Shown: piece after piece, positions 37,784-47,529 of the stretch | Position numbering within the stretch: position 1 is the first letter of the stretch | How the letters are laid out: the number at the start of each line of letters is the position of its first letter | Origin: an uncultured Rickettsiales bacterium | GTDB taxonomy: Bacteria > Pseudomonadota > Alphaproteobacteria > Rickettsiales > UBA1997 | Assembly: GCA_944391075.1 (NCBI GenBank) | Contig: CALXSG010000002.1 | Span: 27,869 to 91,868 of the forward strand | Length of the DNA stretch: 64,000 nucleotides | Reading direction: 5' to 3' | Notes under the pieces: model-generated | Told to the model about the DNA's origin: nothing | Seen by the model: the letters and a program-made list of their open reading frames with translations, nothing else | Database searches by the model: none | Translations under genes and position numbers: made by a program

Positions 37784-40732
37784 TTGACAATAAATAAAAT
37801 ATCTCTATCTTTAATTGCATTATATTTAATATTACACTATATGAATATATATAAAAAATACATTATATGGCTAATTTTAGGAATTACTCTAAGTGTCTTT
37901 ATATTTTATACTTATATTAGAGACGTATTTTATATTAGAGACATATTTTATAATACTTTGGATTATTTTTTACTCTTAATAAAAAGGCTAGATAATTATT
38001 TTTTACACAATACTGAAAAAACAGAGCATTTAAGCTATGCAATATCGGTTATTACAGCAATAATAGTTGCTATTCCAGCATTTCTTTTGCCATTATTTTT
38101 TAATGTTTTTGAAGATAAAATAAAAAACAATACTGCTAATCCTGATTTTATTTTTGATGAAATAATGAAAAAATATTCCATTAAACTTTTTTATATATTA
38201 ATTTTTTTATTTATAGTACATTTATTTTTACAAAATTATATTAAAATTTTATATTATCATTCATTAACTTTATCTATAAATGCAATATTAACAATTTCTA
38301 TTATTTATATAACTTATAAATTATTAAATGCAATTATATTAAAAGAATCACGATTGCTTATAAAAGAAATTTATGATTTTTCTATCAAAAATTTTAAAGA
38401 AAATAAAAAAGATTACAAAATAATAGTATATTTATATTTAAAAGATTTAAATAAATTTATTTTAGATAACAATATAGATAATTTTAATTCGTATTTAAAA
38501 GATTTTAAAAAATATATTATTAATATTAATACTATTGAATTTTATCTTAGTTATGTAGAAAATACTCAAATTAATAAATATCAAAATTTTAAATCTCTAA
38601 TAACAGATCAATCAGTTATATTGATTAATCAAAATGAAAATTTTTTTAATAATATACTAAAATTTTATTTAAATCAAGATACCTATAATTTTATAATAGA
38701 AAATCATAAAAAAGATTTTTTATATCAACATTTTATTTATTGTTTTCAATCATTAAATGATATATTGTGGAAACAAAATATTGAGACTAAAAGCAATTAT
38801 ATAATTTCTAATAGTTTAAAAAATCAATATCAATTAGATATTTTTACCAAAAATTGCAAAAATATAATTGAATATATAGAAATTCAATATTTTTTAATAC
38901 AAAAATATAAAGATAAAGATTTTGATTATTTAATAAAAATTTTTTATGCTATTCAATTGCCATCTTTAAATATTTATATTTATTGTATTTGTCAAAGTCT
39001 TATATCTGGTAATAAAGATTCAATATATGAATTTATAGAAGCTTTAATTTTTTATTGTGATAAATTTTTTATTAATAATAGCTTGTCTAAAAACGAATAT
39101 TGGGATATAAGAACTCAATTAATAATAGATCCTAATAACCAAAGTATTATAAATTCTTTAAAATATTTTGATTGTTTTGATTATATAAATATGATAAGTG
39201 CTAATAATGAAATAGAAAATTATAATAATAAAAAAGATATTAAATCACAATTATTTATATTAAAACTTTATAAATATAAATTAGATACAATTAAAAAAAT
39301 TATAGTAAATAAAAGTATTTTATATAAAGATTCTGAAATTATGGATTATTTAGTGAGAAATACATTTGTGGATTCTATATTTGATATGTTTAATATTTTT
39401 AGTTCAAAATATTTTGAATATTTAGAAGAAAATAAAAATGAAGATATATTTATTTTGAATGTAATTAAAAAATTAGTTAAATTTCAATTAGAAAATAGAA
39501 AAAATTATCAAATATATAATATAAATATTTTTAATAATGGAAATAATTTATTTTTTTCAATATTAAGATTATTTATTTTTAATAAGCAATATCCTTTATC
39601 AAATATTCGTATTAACAATCAAGATAGAATAAAAATTTTTTTTAAAAATAGCTATTCTGGAGTAGGAAAAGTTATGCCTATCTCCTATTACGATAATTTA
39701 GAATTTGGTATAATACTTTTATTGTATTATTCAATAGATATAAATACTGATAATTTAATAAAAACTTTATTATTTTTATTTAATGATTATATCGACATGG
39801 TAGTTTATAAAGAAAATTTTATTTCATTTAGAAATATTTTGAACAACATTAAATATAATAATTATAAAGAATATATAGAAAATGTTTTTGAAAATTTTTC
39901 AGAAGAAATTTTTAATAATAATAAACAAAAATTATTAGATAAACTAGAGAATATTATTAAAAAATTAGATGAACTGGAATTTAAGAGAATAAAAAATAGT
40001 AAAATAAATGAGACTAAAATTAATAATATTATAAATAATATTAAAGAAGAATTTAAAAATAAAATATCAAGTTATTTAAGCTTTTTTAATAAAATAGATT
40101 TTAATAAAAGTATTAAAAGAATTAAAGAAAATTTTTTTAGTATTAATATTCAAGATAAAAAATCTAATTTTTTAGAGAATAATTATGTTTATTATGATTA
40201 TTTAGATGTTTATAATTACTATTTTTATGATAATTTTACAATAGAATGTATTAGAAAACTTTTATATGAAATAAAAGAAGTAGAAAATACAAAAAATACA
40301 CAAAATATTACATTAAAAAAATTTATTGATGAATACCTTAATGATAATGAAAATTTTATATTTGCATATAGATGGGAAATATTAAACGAGAAAATTTTTG
40401 ATTTTAAAAGAACAACTGATTATTTTTATGATTCTAATAAATTTATTGCTTTTGTAAATAAAATTAATAATTTTAATTTTAGAGACGTACCTTTCCTTGA
40501 AAAATTCGAAAACCCAGTAGTTATAATACCAAAGAAATTCTTTAAAGAATTGGATGTTGACTTGAATTCTTTAAGCACTAATTTTGAAGAAGAAGAGAAT
40601 AATAAAATTATAATCACTATTTCTTGTTATTATAAAGTAATATTTGATAATCAAGATAAAAATAATAAAAATATTCAAGATAAGTTAGATGGTTGCTTCA
40701 ATGAAATTAAAATCATTAATATAAAAGATTAA
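37784..40732 (+). CDS. Large hypothetical membrane protein (N-terminal polytopic region plus ~790-aa Asn/Ile/Lys/Tyr-rich domain)
   Basis: 982-aa uninterrupted ORF with 5-6 hydrophobic segments in the first ~190 aa. No recognisable motif. Internal 6-aa tandem duplication 'YIRDVF YIRDIF'. Confidence 0.5.
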   Translation: MTINKISLSLIALYLILHYMNIYKKYIIWLILGITLSVFIFYTYIRDVFYIRDIFYNTLDYFLLLIKRLDNYFLHNTEKTEHLSYAISVITAIIVAIPAFLLPLFFNVFEDKIKNNTANPDFIFDEIMKKYSIKLFYILIFLFIVHLFLQNYIKILYYHSLTLSINAILTISIIYITYKLLNAIILKESRLLIKEIYDFSIKNFKENKKDYKIIVYLYLKDLNKFILDNNIDNFNSYLKDFKKYIININTIEFYLSYVENTQINKYQNFKSLITDQSVILINQNENFFNNILKFYLNQDTYNFIIENHKKDFLYQHFIYCFQSLNDILWKQNIETKSNYIISNSLKNQYQLDIFTKNCKNIIEYIEIQYFLIQKYKDKDFDYLIKIFYAIQLPSLNIYIYCICQSLISGNKDSIYEFIEALIFYCDKFFINNSLSKNEYWDIRTQLIIDPNNQSIINSLKYFDCFDYINMISANNEIENYNNKKDIKSQLFILKLYKYKLDTIKKIIVNKSILYKDSEIMDYLVRNTFVDSIFDMFNIFSSKYFEYLEENKNEDIFILNVIKKLVKFQLENRKNYQIYNINIFNNGNNLFFSILRLFIFNKQYPLSNIRINNQDRIKIFFKNSYSGVGKVMPISYYDNLEFGIILLLYYSIDINTDNLIKTLLFLFNDYIDMVVYKENFISFRNILNNIKYNNYKEYIENVFENFSEEIFNNNKQKLLDKLENIIKKLDELEFKRIKNSKINETKINNIINNIKEEFKNKISSYLSFFNKIDFNKSIKRIKENFFSINIQDKKSNFLENNYVYYDYLDVYNYYFYDNFTIECIRKLLYEIKEVENTKNTQNITLKKFIDEYLNDNENFIFAYRWEILNEKIFDFKRTTDYFYDSNKFIAFVNKINNFNFRDVPFLEKFENPVVIIPKKFFKELDVDLNSLSTNFEEEENNKIIITISCYYKVIFDNQDKNNKNIQDKLDGCFNEIKIINIKD

Positions 40733-40885
40733 ATTAATAAATTTTCATTTTTTTAATTTTTATACTTCCACAATTTTTTTATTATAATAGAATTAAATAT
40801 TTTCATTATACTTTCTCTTTATTTAGCTTGAAAAATTAAATTAAATTAAATAAATTTCTACTAATTAAATATTAAAAATTAAGGT

Positions 40886-42715
40886 ATGTCAACGGATTTA
40901 AACAAAATAAGAAATTTTGCAATTATTGCACATATAGATCATGGAAAATCAACACTTGCTGATAGGTTGATTGAGTATTGCGGTGGTGTGGAAAAAAGGG
41001 AAATGGAAGACAGAATACTTGATAGTATGGAACTTGAGAAGGAGAAGGGGATTACGATTAAATCACAAACTGTTAGGTTGAATTATAAGGCGGATGATGG
41101 AAATGATTATGTTTTGAATCTTATGGATACACCGGGACATGTTGATTTTGGTTATGAAGTTAGTCGTTCTTTATCATCTTGTGAAGGAAGTTTGCTTGTT
41201 GTGGATGCGACACAAGGTGTTGAGGCACAAACTCTTGCTAATGCTTATCAGGCTATTGATAATAATCATGAGATTATACCTGTTTTGAATAAGGTTGATT
41301 TGCCTTCTGCTGATGTTGAAAAAACAAAAAAACAAATTGAGGAAATTATTGGGATTGAAACTTCTTGTGCTGTTGAAGCTTCTGCAAAAACTGGTCTTGG
41401 TGTTCATGAAATTCTTGAAAGTATTGTTCATTTATTACCACCACCAAAAGGTGATATAAATGCTCCACTTAAAGTTTTAATTGTTGACAGCTGGTACGAT
41501 AGCTACATTGGAATTGTTATTCTTGTTAGAGTTATTGATGGAAAATTGAAAAGGGGTGATAAAATTAAAATGCACTCTACTCAAAACACATTTCAAGTTG
41601 ATCAAGTTGGTATTTTTACACCTAAAAAGGTTAAAGTTGATGAATTAGGAGCCGGTGAAATTGGCTACTTCACAGCTCAAATGAAAACTTTAAGCGACTG
41701 TAAAGTTGGTGATACAGTTGTTTATGCTGACGACATAACCACACAGCCATTGCCCGGCTTTAAACCCAACATGCCAGTTGTTTTTTGTGGAATGTATCCT
41801 GTTGATGCCAGCGACTACGACAACTTCAAAGAAAGCATTGCGAAACTTCACCTAAACGATGCCAGCTTTGAATACGAGCCCGAAACATCTTCTGCCCTCG
41901 GCTTTGGTTTTAGATGTGGCTTTTTAGGACTACTACACCTTGAAATCATACAAGAAAGACTTGACAGAGAATACAATTTAGATTTAATAACCACCGCCCC
42001 ATCAGTAATTTACAGAATCTACACAAACACCACCAAAGGCTTCAAATTTGAAGAAGGTAAAGACTACCTTGAAATTCACAATCCAGCCGACATGCCTGAA
42101 CCACAATATATTTCAAAAATGGAAGAGCCTTGGATCACCGCTACAATCATGACTCCCGACGAGTATTTAGGTGATGTCTTAAAACTTTGCACCGACAGAA
42201 GGGGTATACAAAAAAATCTATCATACATTGGCGACAGAGCAGTATTGACTTACAGACTTCCACTAAACGAAATTGTTTACGACTTTTACGACAAACTTAA
42301 ATCATACACAAAAGGCTATGCAAGTTTTGATTGGCAAGTTGACAGCTACGAAGAATCAAAACTCGTCAAAGTCGGCATACTCGTAAACGGCGAAAATGTA
42401 GATGCCCTTTCCCTAATTATGCATCAATCACAAGCCATCAAAAAAGGCCGACAACTCGTAGAAAAACTCAAAGAAGAAATACCACGACAAATGTTCAAAA
42501 TCGCCATCCAAGCCTCTATGGACGGCAAAATCATCGCAAGAGAAGACCTCTCCGGCTACAAAAAAGATGTCCTTGCAAAATGCTACGGAGGCGACATCTC
42601 CCGAAAGAAAAAACTCCTCGAAAAACAAAAGAAAGGTAAAAAACGAATGCGAAGTGTCGGCAATGTAGAGATTCCACAAAGCGCATTCCTGGCAGTGCTG
42701 AAGGTGGGGGATTAG
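40886..42715 (+). CDS. lepA: Elongation factor 4 (LepA)
   Basis: '[13 protein letters not shown]', 'DTPGHVDF', 'NKVDLP', and the C-terminal LepA domain ending '[10 protein letters not shown]'. Confidence 0.95.
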   Translation: MSTDLNKIRNFAIIAHIDHGKSTLADRLIEYCGGVEKREMEDRILDSMELEKEKGITIKSQTVRLNYKADDGNDYVLNLMDTPGHVDFGYEVSRSLSSCEGSLLVVDATQGVEAQTLANAYQAIDNNHEIIPVLNKVDLPSADVEKTKKQIEEIIGIETSCAVEASAKTGLGVHEILESIVHLLPPPKGDINAPLKVLIVDSWYDSYIGIVILVRVIDGKLKRGDKIKMHSTQNTFQVDQVGIFTPKKVKVDELGAGEIGYFTAQMKTLSDCKVGDTVVYADDITTQPLPGFKPNMPVVFCGMYPVDASDYDNFKESIAKLHLNDASFEYEPETSSALGFGFRCGFLGLLHLEIIQERLDREYNLDLITTAPSVIYRIYTNTTKGFKFEEGKDYLEIHNPADMPEPQYISKMEEPWITATIMTPDEYLGDVLKLCTDRRGIQKNLSYIGDRAVLTYRLPLNEIVYDFYDKLKSYTKGYASFDWQVDSYEESKLVKVGILVNGENVDALSLIMHQSQAIKKGRQLVEKLKEEIPRQMFKIAIQASMDGKIIAREDLSGYKKDVLAKCYGGDISRKKKLLEKQKKGKKRMRSVGNVEIPQSAFLAVLKVGD

Positions 42716-42753
42716 GATAAGAGAATGTAGTATAATAATAAATAGTAAGAGAT

Positions 42754-44571
42754 ATGATAGTAGAAAAAATTTTTAAAAATATTCAAAATGATCTTTCTTT
42801 ATTTAGTAATGAAGAAATTAGTAATATAGATAATGTAATTTATCAAAAAGATGATGGTAAATATTATATAAAATCAAATTCAAAAGGTGAAGAAGAAAAA
42901 ATGATTTATAGTGAAAAAAAATCTTCACCAGAAGAAATTGTTAGACAACTTTGCTTAAATAGATTAATCAATAAATATAAATATCCTAAAAATTTAATAG
43001 ATATTGAAACAATGGTAAATTTTGGCAGAGAAAAAAAGAGAGCTGATATAGTAATATATAAAGACGATAAAATAACTCCTTATATTATTGTTGAAGTTAA
43101 AGCTCCAAATGTCAAAAACGATGTAAAACAATTAAAAAGTTATTTGAATGCAGAAGGTGCTGAAATTGGTATTGTAATAAATGGGCAAACTGACGAAATA
43201 TTATATAGACCATATCCAAAAGATTTTTCATTACTACCAGACATACCAGAATATAAAGAATCACCAGAAGATGTTTATAGCAAAAAATTCAAATACAATG
43301 AATTAAAAGAACCAAAACAATTAAAACAAGTAATACAAAATTTAGAGGATGCAATACTTGCAAACTCAGGTTTTGATACTTTTGACGAAATTTTTAAAAT
43401 AATTTATGCAAAACTTTATGATGAAATGCAAGGTCAATACGACGATAATTATATTCTAGAATTCAGAGCCAGAAAAGAAGCTGATATTACTAAAAAAGCC
43501 ATAGACAAATTATTTGACAAAGCAAAAAATGAATGGCGAGATATTTTTGACAATAACGACAAAATAAAATTAAAAGATACTCACTTATCAAGTATTGTTG
43601 CAGAATTACAAGAATATAAATTATTAGGTTCTAATTTACAAGTTATTGACGATACATTTGAATACTTAATTCCAGATGTAGCAAAAGGTAAAAAAGGGCA
43701 ATATTTCACACCTAGACATGTAATTGATATGTGTGTCAAAATGCTAAATCCTAAAAAAGACGAGTTTGTAATAGACACAGCTTGTGGTTCTGGTGGTTTT
43801 TTAATCCACACAATGAAATATGTTAACCCTAAAAATTTCTCAGCCTATGCCACCAAACATTTATGGGGGATAGATTTTGACGAAAGAAGTTCAAAAATTT
43901 CAAAAGCAATGATGTTAATTGCTGGCGATGGAAAATCTCATATTTTCAAAGAAAACTCATTAGATTCTTCTTCTTGGGGCGACAACATAAAAGTAAATTT
44001 AAACAACGAAAAATTAGCAGATGAAAATTATAGATATTTCAATTTTGACATATTACTTGCCAACCCACCATTTGCCGGTGAAGTCACAGAAAAAAGTATT
44101 TTAGCAGAATATCCAAATGTTGTAAAAGAAAAACAAACAAAAATTTCAAGACACTTACTTTTTATCGAAAGAAACTTAAATTTTGTCAAAGATGGTGGAC
44201 GACTAGCCCTTGTCCTTCCACAAGGTGTATTCAACAACACCAGTGAAAAATACATCAGAGACTTTTTGGCAAACAAGGCCAGAATCATAGCAGTTATAGG
44301 ACTTGACACCAACACATTCAAACCACACACAGGCACAAAAACAAGTGTATTATTTTTACAAAAATGGGACAAAAACACCAACCCACAAAAAGCAGACTAC
44401 CCGATCTTTTTCGCAGTAAGTGAAAAATCCGGAAAAGACAACAGCGGAGAATACATTTACAAAGAAATCGATGGAAAAAGAGTTTTGCAACACGACTTAG
44501 ACGAAATAGCCAACGAGTTTATAAAGTGGGCTAAAACCGAAGGTTTTGAGTGGTGGAGTGGTAATAAATAA
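42754..44571 (+). CDS. hsdM: N6-adenine DNA methyltransferase (HsdM-like) fused to an N-terminal PD-(D/E)xK nuclease-like domain
   Basis: aa 98-116 'ADIVIYKDDKITPYIIVEVKAP' gives D...ExK (nt 43045-43101). SAM motif 'VIDTACGSGGFL'. Catalytic 'NPPF' at nt 44062-44073. Confidence 0.8.
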   Translation: MIVEKIFKNIQNDLSLFSNEEISNIDNVIYQKDDGKYYIKSNSKGEEEKMIYSEKKSSPEEIVRQLCLNRLINKYKYPKNLIDIETMVNFGREKKRADIVIYKDDKITPYIIVEVKAPNVKNDVKQLKSYLNAEGAEIGIVINGQTDEILYRPYPKDFSLLPDIPEYKESPEDVYSKKFKYNELKEPKQLKQVIQNLEDAILANSGFDTFDEIFKIIYAKLYDEMQGQYDDNYILEFRARKEADITKKAIDKLFDKAKNEWRDIFDNNDKIKLKDTHLSSIVAELQEYKLLGSNLQVIDDTFEYLIPDVAKGKKGQYFTPRHVIDMCVKMLNPKKDEFVIDTACGSGGFLIHTMKYVNPKNFSAYATKHLWGIDFDERSSKISKAMMLIAGDGKSHIFKENSLDSSSWGDNIKVNLNNEKLADENYRYFNFDILLANPPFAGEVTEKSILAEYPNVVKEKQTKISRHLLFIERNLNFVKDGGRLALVLPQGVFNNTSEKYIRDFLANKARIIAVIGLDTNTFKPHTGTKTSVLFLQKWDKNTNPQKADYPIFFAVSEKSGKDNSGEYIYKEIDGKRVLQHDLDEIANEFIKWAKTEGFEWWSGNK

Positions 44572-44580
44572 GGAGAGTAA

Positions 44581-45456
44581 ATGCATATATTTGATATTAT
44601 AAAACAAAATTATGATATAAAAGAAGAATTTTTAGAAATAAGAAATTTATTTAATAAAATAAAATTAAACTATTGTGGTTTCTTATATACAATAGAAGAA
44701 TTAGCGGATAAGAATTTTTCAAAATGGAAAGGTAGAAATACGATGATTAATTGTTCAAAATATAAAAATAAATTAGAACAATATATTTTAAAATGTTATT
44801 CAACCAAAAAAAATGGTATTAATATAATTGATTATAATAAACCAGAAATTATTATTATATATTTAGAATATTATATAAATATATCTCATTTTGTTAATTC
44901 ATTAAGATTATTTAATCTATTCATTTCTAATCCTAATGATTTTCAAATTATGAGTGAAAATATAAAAATATTATTGGAGCATTTGAATTATCAAAAAATA
45001 AATGATAATGATAATATTTTATTAATTCCAAAGAATCCAGAAGCTATTGTTGTTGCAGAACAAACAAAAAATATAGAGATAGCAAATGCTATACTAAAAT
45101 ATAATCACTACTCATTAAAAGGAAATCTTGAGGACAAAAGAAATTTGCTAATTTCTATTGCTAATGAATATAATGGTTTTTTACATAGTAAATTGGCAGG
45201 TTTTAATAAAGAACTTGATATGGCCATATTTTTAATAAATAATTGTCATATAAGACACAATAATAAAAGCGGAAATGAAGAAAAAAAATTAATAGCTAAC
45301 CTAAAAAATGAAGATCTTGAAAAATTATATGATGATACATATCAACTAATATTATTCTGTATTTTAGCTAAAACAAATGTTGAAAGAATGAAAAATTTTG
45401 AAGAAAAAGTAAAAAAACCAATTATAAATGGAGGTAAAAAATGCAATACTCAATAG
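44581..45456 (+). CDS. Hypothetical protein embedded between the methylase and specificity genes
   Basis: Strong SD (AAGGAG) 5 nt upstream. The 3' end overlaps the hsdS start by 16 nt. Helical. No motif identified with confidence ('NNCHIRHNNKSG' noted). Confidence 0.6.
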   Translation: MHIFDIIKQNYDIKEEFLEIRNLFNKIKLNYCGFLYTIEELADKNFSKWKGRNTMINCSKYKNKLEQYILKCYSTKKNGINIIDYNKPEIIIIYLEYYINISHFVNSLRLFNLFISNPNDFQIMSENIKILLEHLNYQKINDNDNILLIPKNPEAIVVAEQTKNIEIANAILKYNHYSLKGNLEDKRNLLISIANEYNGFLHSKLAGFNKELDMAIFLINNCHIRHNNKSGNEEKKLIANLKNEDLEKLYDDTYQLILFCILAKTNVERMKNFEEKVKKPIINGGKKCNTQ

Positions 45457-46844
45457 TTAATTTAAGCGAAGTTAGAGAAAATTCAGATTTTAGAATTGAC
45501 GCTGAATATTGGAAACCTGAATATTACGATTTGGTAAAATTATTAAATTATAAAAAAAGTAAAGATTTTTTTTATTATACTGAATTTATTAAAAAAGGTA
45601 TATTTGATATTTCCCCTAAAGAATATACGAATCACAATGGAATACCATTTGTTAGATCTGGAGATATAAAAAATATTTTTTTATCATATAATAATATGGT
45701 TCAAATAAATCAAATAGTGCATAAAAAAGAAATAAAAACAGAATTAAACAAAAATGATCTTGTACTATCGAAAGTTGGAACTATTGGTAACTTTGGTATT
45801 AATTTTGAAAAAGATAAAATAAATTTTAGTCAAAATGTTATTGGTATAAAAATAAAACAAGAATATAAAAATATTAGTGGATTTTTATTATCTTATTGTA
45901 ATTCAAAATATGGACAAAATCAAATTAAAAAAAATGTAACTGGACAAGTTCAAGAAAAGTTGACATTGAATGATATTAAATTTTTAAAAATTATAGATTT
46001 ATCTAGATTATTTCAAGAATCTATTGCTTCACTTGTCAACAAATCTTACACACTACGAGAATCTGCCGATACACTATACAAAGAAGCAGAAGATATTTTG
46101 CTTGAAGAATTAGGCTTTAAAGATTATCAAATAAAAAATCAAAAGTATTTTGTTAAAAATTTATCAGATACTCAAAAAGTTAGTAGAATTGATGCTGAAT
46201 ATTTTCAACCAAAATATGAAAATTTAATTAATAAAATAAAAGAATATAAGGGGGGATATAATATTCTTGATAATATTTGTAAAATAAAAAAATGCATAGA
46301 ACCTGGAAGCTCTGAATATAAAGAAAATGGCATACCTTTTATTAGAGTTAGCAATTTAGGTATTTTTGATATAAATTCAAATAATCAACAATATGTTAGT
46401 GAATTATTTTATAATAAAAATATTGAACATCAACCAAACAAAAATGAAATTTTATTGTCAAAAGATGGAACATTAGGTACTGCATATTGTTTATATAAAG
46501 AACCAGATAAAATGATTTGTAGTGGTGGAATTGTAAGATTAATTAATACAAAAATACAACCATTGTGTTTAACTTTGTTTTTAAATTCTATTATTTCTAA
46601 AATGCAAATAGATCAAAAATCAGGTGGAGCATTAATATCGCATTGGCTAATTGATGATATCAAAAATCTTCTCATTCCCATTTTGCCTGACTCTATTCAA
46701 TCCACAATCTCTTCAAAACTCCACAAATCCTTTCTTGACAGGCAAAAGTCTCTTGACTTGTTGGCTGTGGCGAAAGGGGCTGTTGAGGTTGCTATTGAAG
46801 ATGGGGAAGATGTGGCTTTTGGGTATATTGATAATAATTTATAG
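45441..46844 (+). CDS. hsdS: Restriction-modification specificity subunit (HsdS-like, two TRDs)
   Basis: Duplicated conserved motif 'FRIDAEYWKPEY' (N-terminus) and 'SRIDAEYFQPKY' (middle), each followed by a variable TRD and a coiled-coil spacer. Confidence 0.85.
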   Translation: MQYSIVNLSEVRENSDFRIDAEYWKPEYYDLVKLLNYKKSKDFFYYTEFIKKGIFDISPKEYTNHNGIPFVRSGDIKNIFLSYNNMVQINQIVHKKEIKTELNKNDLVLSKVGTIGNFGINFEKDKINFSQNVIGIKIKQEYKNISGFLLSYCNSKYGQNQIKKNVTGQVQEKLTLNDIKFLKIIDLSRLFQESIASLVNKSYTLRESADTLYKEAEDILLEELGFKDYQIKNQKYFVKNLSDTQKVSRIDAEYFQPKYENLINKIKEYKGGYNILDNICKIKKCIEPGSSEYKENGIPFIRVSNLGIFDINSNNQQYVSELFYNKNIEHQPNKNEILLSKDGTLGTAYCLYKEPDKMICSGGIVRLINTKIQPLCLTLFLNSIISKMQIDQKSGGALISHWLIDDIKNLLIPILPDSIQSTISSKLHKSFLDRQKSLDLLAVAKGAVEVAIEDGEDVAFGYIDNNL

Positions 46845-46995
46845 TCTTTTGTGGTAAATATTGAATATGAAGATATAGCTAGTTAATTGTATTTTGTATT
46901 GATAATAATTTATAGTTTTGTGTGGTAAATGATATAATATTAAAAATATAATTATTTGATTGTATTGATAATATTATTTGTGGGGTGTGTAGTAT
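46826..46995 (+). repeat. Three ~70-bp-spaced echoes of the hsdS 3' terminus
   Basis: 'TATTGATAATAATTTATAGTCTTTTGTGGTAAAT' (46830), 'TATTGATAATAATTTATAGTTTTGTGTGGTAAAT' (46898), 'TATTGATAATATTATTTGTGGGGTGTG' (46963). Confidence 0.7.
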
Positions 46996-47301
46996 GTTTG
47001 TTTTGTTGTGTTGTAAAATGTCTAATTGGGGTTTGTGAGTTATAATAAATGTGCTGTGGTTCTGTGATGTGGCGATTTTGTAAAGTATTAATAATTTTGT
47101 AATATTGTGGGGATGTTATAAAACTTTGTTTTATTGCATTAACTAAGTTATGGTGGATTTTTTTATAATTTTTAGTATAAATTAATTTTTGTAATGATAT
47201 TTATTGATAACATTTGATGTTATTTATCTAAATATTAAGTATAATATTGTATATTTTTGTTGATAAATTAATGTTTGTCAAATGAGTATTTATTGATTGA
47301 G

Positions 47302-47397
47302 AATTTAGAAAATAAATATAAAATATTTATTCTAGTATAGTAAAAAATTTATGGAAGTATAAATTTAGTATTTTTGTATTTATAATTTAAATTTTCT
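47302..47397 (+). repeat. 96-bp direct repeat, copy 1
   Basis: Near-identical to 47530-47626 ('AATAAATATAAAATATTTATTCTAGTATAGTAAAAAATTTATGGAAGTATAAATTTAGTATTTTTGTATTTATAATTTAAATTTTCT'). Confidence 0.9.
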
Positions 47398-47529
47398 TCT
47401 CGTGGTGTTAGGTATCTTACCCAACACCCAATGCTATCAAAAATTGAATTTATAATTTAAATTGATTTTATAAAACTTCACCATTTACAAGCCTTCGATA
47501 TATACTCAGGAGACCCTATACCACAGTAT

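Noticed and set aside
37915-37950. The in-frame tandem duplication (TTAGAGACGTATTTTAT / TTAGAGACATATTTTAT) in the 982-aa gene, considered as a phase-variation switch.
   Set aside because: There are only two copies, both in frame, with no homopolymer or higher-order repeat. It is most simply a fixed small duplication.
41600-46800. Replication terminus/origin or a dif site as the explanation for the skew reversals at ~41.65 kb and ~46.75 kb.
   Set aside because: Two opposite switches only 5 kb apart cannot be ori and ter of a chromosome. No XerCD dif-like 28-mer (..CATAATGTATATTATGTTAAAT type), DnaA-box cluster or dnaA/dnaN context was seen. The best look-alike (47238-47270) matches only the central TGTATA.
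46850-47300. Decayed hsdR pseudogene immediately downstream of hsdS.
   Set aside because: No frame gives helicase (DEAD/DExH, Walker A) remnants. The tract is C-depleted low-complexity DNA with echo copies of the hsdS end.
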